A stretch of DNA of 29,522 bases from Pseudomonadota bacterium. Lineage in GTDB: Bacteria; Pseudomonadota; Alphaproteobacteria; Dongiales; Dongiaceae. Below are positions 26,029 to 29,522 of this stretch, in pieces (within the stretch, counting starts at the first letter, position 1; the number at the start of each line of letters is the position of its first letter). A program made the translations under genes and the position numbers. The stretch is from positions 1 through 29,522 of the forward strand of contig JBKOWC010000176.1 in the NCBI GenBank assembly GCA_046724215.1, read 5' to 3'. Below the pieces are notes generated by a model, which saw only the letters and a list, made by a program, of their open reading frames with translations, was not told the origin of the DNA and did not search any database.

Positions 26029-26981
26029 ACAAGTTCGAACCCGGCCGGCTGCTCGCGCAGCCCTGGTTCTACGCAACGGCGGGCGCCGTCCTCGTATGGC
26101 TGGTGATCCTGGCTTATTCGGGCGGCGCCGGCGGTGGCGCCGTGATCTCCGCAGCCCTAAACTATTCCGTCTTCTTCGCCGTGGTCGGGCTGGGACAGAT
26201 GATCGTCATGGCGAGCGGCGCCGGCAATATCGACCTCTCAGTCCCTGCCAACATCACCCTCGCCGCCTACCTTTCCACCGGACAGATGGAGGGGGCGAAT
26301 GCCGGCCTCGTGACCGGTGTCGCCGCCGGTCTCGGCAGCGGCCTCGCCATCGGCGCCGCGAACGCCTTCCTGATCATCGTCTTCCGTATTCCACCGATGG
26401 TGGCGACGCTCGCCTCCGGGCTGGTGCTGGAATCCCTCACCTTCGTCTATTCCCGCATCTCGGTCGCCAAGCCGGCGCCGCTGCTGGCAGAGTTCACCAC
26501 CGGCCAGTTCTTCGGTCTTCCCTATGTGACCCTGGCGGCATTGCTCGCCTCGATCGCCCTGGTCTACGTCTTGCGCCGCTCGATCTTCGGGCGGTCGCTG
26601 TTCGCCTGCGGCCAGAACAGCACGGCAGCCTGGCTCTCCGGGGTCGAAGTCGTGCGGACGCGGATCGCAGCCTACGTTCTCTGCGGCATGGTCACGGCGC
26701 TCGCCGGCGTGCTGTTCGCGGGCTTCGTCGGCGGCCCTTCGCTCAACATGGGAAGCGAGTTCCTGCTCAGTTCCATCGCCGTCGTGGTAATCGGCGGCAC
26801 CAATGTCGCCGGCGGCCAGGCGAGCGTAGTCGGCACCTGGAGCGCCTCGCTCTTCCTGTTCCTGCTGCTCTCCATGCTCAACGTCTTCCAGGTCGGTCCT
26901 GGCCTGCGCAACGTCATCACGGGCATCCTGATCATCGCGGTCCTGGCCTTGAACAAGACCAATCGCATGCAGCAGGTCTAG
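26025..26981 (+). CDS. CUT2 (RbsC-like) ABC permease
   Basis: ATG 26025 overlaps the previous stop (ATGA). GNIDLSVP, IPPMVATLA, SIAVVVIGGTNVAGGQASVVGT. Confidence 0.92.
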   Translation: MNKFEPGRLLAQPWFYATAGAVLVWLVILAYSGGAGGGAVISAALNYSVFFAVVGLGQMIVMASGAGNIDLSVPANITLAAYLSTGQMEGANAGLVTGVAAGLGSGLAIGAANAFLIIVFRIPPMVATLASGLVLESLTFVYSRISVAKPAPLLAEFTTGQFFGLPYVTLAALLASIALVYVLRRSIFGRSLFACGQNSTAAWLSGVEVVRTRIAAYVLCGMVTALAGVLFAGFVGGPSLNMGSEFLLSSIAVVVIGGTNVAGGQASVVGTWSASLFLFLLLSMLNVFQVGPGLRNVITGILIIAVLALNKTNRMQQV

Positions 26982-26990
26982 GTGGCCGGG

Positions 26991-27866
26991 ATGCGAAAAG
27001 CTGTCACGGTCCTGGCCGAAGGCATCGGGCAGCCGGAAGGTCCCTGCATCCTGCCGGACGACCGCGTGGTCTTAACGAACACCTATCGCAGCGAGATCGT
27101 CTCCTGGGATCCGAAGCATGGTATCCGGCAATACGCCTACACCGGCGGCGCACCCAACGCCTGCCTGCTCGGCAGCGACGGCCATGTCTATATTGCCAAT
27201 TGCCCGACCGCCGGAGGCTGGGTCGCGCCGGACCGGCGGCCCGCCTGCATCCAGCGCGCGACGCCGGCGGGAAGGGTCGAGATCATCGCGACGTCGGCCG
27301 ATGGCGTGCCGCTCGACGGCGCCAACGATCTCTGTTTCGGCCCCGACGGACGAATCTACTTCACCGACTCCGGAGACTACGCGCCGAAGACTCGACATCA
27401 TCCGGGGCGAGTCTGCGTGCTCGAGCGTGACGGAACCGCGCACATCCTGGAGGAGCTCGATCACACCTATCCTAACGGCATCGTCGCCGAAGCGGATGGC
27501 GCTATCGTCTGGGTCGAGTCCTATACGCGCCGAATGATCCGGCGCCGACCCGACGGGACCAAGAGCATTATCCATACCTTCGATGACGGGCACATCCCCG
27601 ACGGTTTCAAGATCGATGCGCGCGGGAACTTCTGGGTCACGACGGTGACCTCCGGCGGGATCAACATCGTGTCGCGCGACGGCGCGGCGATGGATTTCCT
27701 GGCGCTCGATGCCGTGCCGCTGAACTGCATCTTCGACGGTACCTCGCTCTATGTCGCCGATTTCGGCAAGGCGGATCCGGCGGAAGCCGCACCGATGGTC
27801 GGCCGCCTGCTGCGCGTCGACGTCGGCATTCGCGGCATGCCGCTGTTTGCCGGCGCGATTTCATAG
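26991..27866 (+). CDS. SMP-30/gluconolactonase/LRE family protein
   Basis: QPEGP, GANDLCFGPDG, YPNGI, IPDGFKID metal-ligand motifs. ATG 26991 (aggtgg RBS) or GTG 26982. Confidence 0.88.
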   Translation: MRKAVTVLAEGIGQPEGPCILPDDRVVLTNTYRSEIVSWDPKHGIRQYAYTGGAPNACLLGSDGHVYIANCPTAGGWVAPDRRPACIQRATPAGRVEIIATSADGVPLDGANDLCFGPDGRIYFTDSGDYAPKTRHHPGRVCVLERDGTAHILEELDHTYPNGIVAEADGAIVWVESYTRRMIRRRPDGTKSIIHTFDDGHIPDGFKIDARGNFWVTTVTSGGINIVSRDGAAMDFLALDAVPLNCIFDGTSLYVADFGKADPAEAAPMVGRLLRVDVGIRGMPLFAGAIS

Positions 27867-27874
27867 GAGAATCC

Positions 27875-28807
27875 ATGGAAGTCCGTTGCATCTACGAAGC
27901 CCGGAGCGCGCTCGGGGAAAGCGCCCTGTGGTCGCCGAAGGAGCAGGTCCTCTATTGGCTCGACCAGATGCGGCCGGAGATCCATCGCCTGGATCCTGCC
28001 ACTGGAAAGGACGTGAAGTTCGACTTCGATCTTCCACCCCAGCTCGGCGGCCTCGTACCCTGCAAGAACGGCGGCATGGCGCTGGCGGCGGCGGATGGGA
28101 TCACCATCCTCGCGCCGGACATGAAAAGCCGCACGACGCTGGTCAATCCGATCGCGGGCCTTCCGAACATCAGCTTCAACGATGCGAAATGCGACCGGCG
28201 GGGCCGCCTCTGGGCGGGAACTACGGACCGCATGGAGACCGAGCCTCTCGGCCGGCTCTATCGCATCGACCCTGACGGCACGGCGACCTCGGTCGCCGAG
28301 GGGTTCATCTGCTCCAACGGCCCGTCATTCAGCCCCGACGGGCGCATCATGTACCACACCTGCTCGCATGAGCGGGTGATCAACGCCTACGACCTCGATC
28401 CAAAGAGCGGGCATGCATCAAACCGGCACCTCTTCGCCAGGATCGATCCGACGGCAGGCGTGCCCGACGGCTCCACGGTGGACGCCGAGGGCTATCTCTG
28501 GACCACGCATTGGGGCGGCTGGCGCGTTACTCGGTATGCGCCGGACGGAAGCATCGACCGCGAGATTCCGATGCCAGTGAAAAACGTGACCAGCTGCGCG
28601 TTCGGCGGCGCCAACATGGACACGCTGTTTGTCACCGCGGCGTCGATCGAGTTCGACAACGGCCGCTCGGTCTATATGGACGAGGCCGGCTTCGCAGCGG
28701 CGCCGATGACCGGTGGCATCTTTGCCATCGATGTCGCGATCAAAGGCCTGCCGGAACCAGTTTTTGGCGCTTCCGCAGAACCTGCAGGCCGGGCGGGGAA
28801 ACGATAA
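27875..28807 (+). CDS. SMP-30/regucalcin-like sugar lactonase
   Basis: LGESALW, FNDAKCDRRGRLWAGT, SNGPSFSPDG, PDGSTVDAEG, TSCAFGG. RBS aggaga. Confidence 0.92.
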   Translation: MEVRCIYEARSALGESALWSPKEQVLYWLDQMRPEIHRLDPATGKDVKFDFDLPPQLGGLVPCKNGGMALAAADGITILAPDMKSRTTLVNPIAGLPNISFNDAKCDRRGRLWAGTTDRMETEPLGRLYRIDPDGTATSVAEGFICSNGPSFSPDGRIMYHTCSHERVINAYDLDPKSGHASNRHLFARIDPTAGVPDGSTVDAEGYLWTTHWGGWRVTRYAPDGSIDREIPMPVKNVTSCAFGGANMDTLFVTAASIEFDNGRSVYMDEAGFAAAPMTGGIFAIDVAIKGLPEPVFGASAEPAGRAGKR

Positions 28808-29293
28808 ACTGCGGGGGAAGTCCTCGTTTCAGGTTGTACTCGGCATCGCCGCGTCCACAGACGCTGGAGGTCGGGCTTGTCGAGCACCTCGCTGCGAGAT
28901 GTGACACTGTGCCACGAGCACGGCGCCGGCTTGTGGCTGACGGCTATGCTGCCAGCCGAATTCGAATCCGGCCGCCCCAGGCACTCGATGCTAGCGGCGC
29001 GTTGATCTAAAGTTGCCGAAGCTGAGGCTGAACTCCTCAGTCGACTTCCACGTGCTGTCCTCTTGTTGGACCAGCCGGCCGCCAAATCTCGGGCCTGCGC
29101 AAAGATAGTGGGCCGAAACCGTCCTCAGCACGGGCACCGGTCCACGCTCGCAGTACACGGGCGGATTTTGCGGGCGCGCGGCGGAAAAGGCCTGTGAGAA
29201 AATCGAAACAAAAAGACCCCTGCGGTCGGAGCTTCGGGAATACGGAGCATCGTACCAAGATTGAAAAACGCGGGGGATGGGAGCCCGACCGTG

Positions 29294-29522
29294 ATGACCT
29301 GGAACTTGATTCGATACGGCATCTTCTATGTCGGGCTGACGCTGACCATTGTAGCGACCGGTGTCCTCTCCCCTAACGACTTCCCCACGTTGACCTTGGC
29401 GGCACGAGGCCAACCCCCGACTTCAATAACGGCCGCTCTGGAGTTGGGATTGGAGTGTTTCGCGCTGGCACTGGTATTGCTGACCGCCGGTGCCGTGGTC
29501 TCTGTCGCACTCGGTATGTATC
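29294..29522 (+). CDS. Predicted membrane protein, 3'-partial
   Basis: Manual translation MTWNLIRYGIFYVGLTLTIVATGVLSPNDF...LECFALALVLLTAGAVVSVALGMY runs off the window without a stop. Two hydrophobic stretches, gggag upstream. Not in the ORF track. Confidence 0.55.
   Translation, partial: MTWNLIRYGIFYVGLTLTIVATGVLSPNDFPTLTLAARGQPPTSITAALELGLECFALALVLLTAGAVVSVALGMY

Noticed and set aside
28713-29413. ORFs 28713-28904, 28991-29413, 29037-29258, 29125-29322 and 29194-29376
   Set aside because: No motifs, atypical composition and mutually overlapping frames.
1-29522. CRISPR arrays, IS elements, long direct or tandem repeats
   Set aside because: None seen on reading. Only short GCC/GGC runs typical of Ala/Gly codons.

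Overview
High-GC, probably alphaproteobacterial, carbohydrate-catabolism region. The organism guess rests on close resemblance to rhizobial/Brucella Ery proteins. (1) 10095-24743 (-): erythritol/pentitol locus with eryD, a five-gene CUT1 ABC transporter with two ATPases, eryA, a D-2-hydroxyacid dehydrogenase, a FucA-like aldolase, eryB, a second class II aldolase, an FGGY kinase and a HAD hydrolase. Gene order matches the Sinorhizobium mpt/ery/rbt/lal locus as I recall it, but eryC, eryH/tpiB and eryI/rpiB are not in the window. (2) 1394-10080: a second polyol module with a SorC-type regulator, ABC transporter and FGGY kinase, plus a divergently transcribed glycerol-1-phosphate-dehydrogenase-like enzyme that sits where eryC would be expected. 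(3) 24936-25234 (-): a tRNA-Leu(UAA) gene split by a compact 212-nt group I (IC3-type) intron with all core helices readable in the sequence; it is invisible in the ORF track. (4) 25290-28807 (+): a truncated CUT2 ABC operon remnant (5'-truncated, frameshifted permease; intact permease; two SMP-30 lactonases). Both ends carry hypothetical ORFs. No integrase, transposase or CRISPR array seen. All protein assignments come from motif recognition by eye; no database searches were run.
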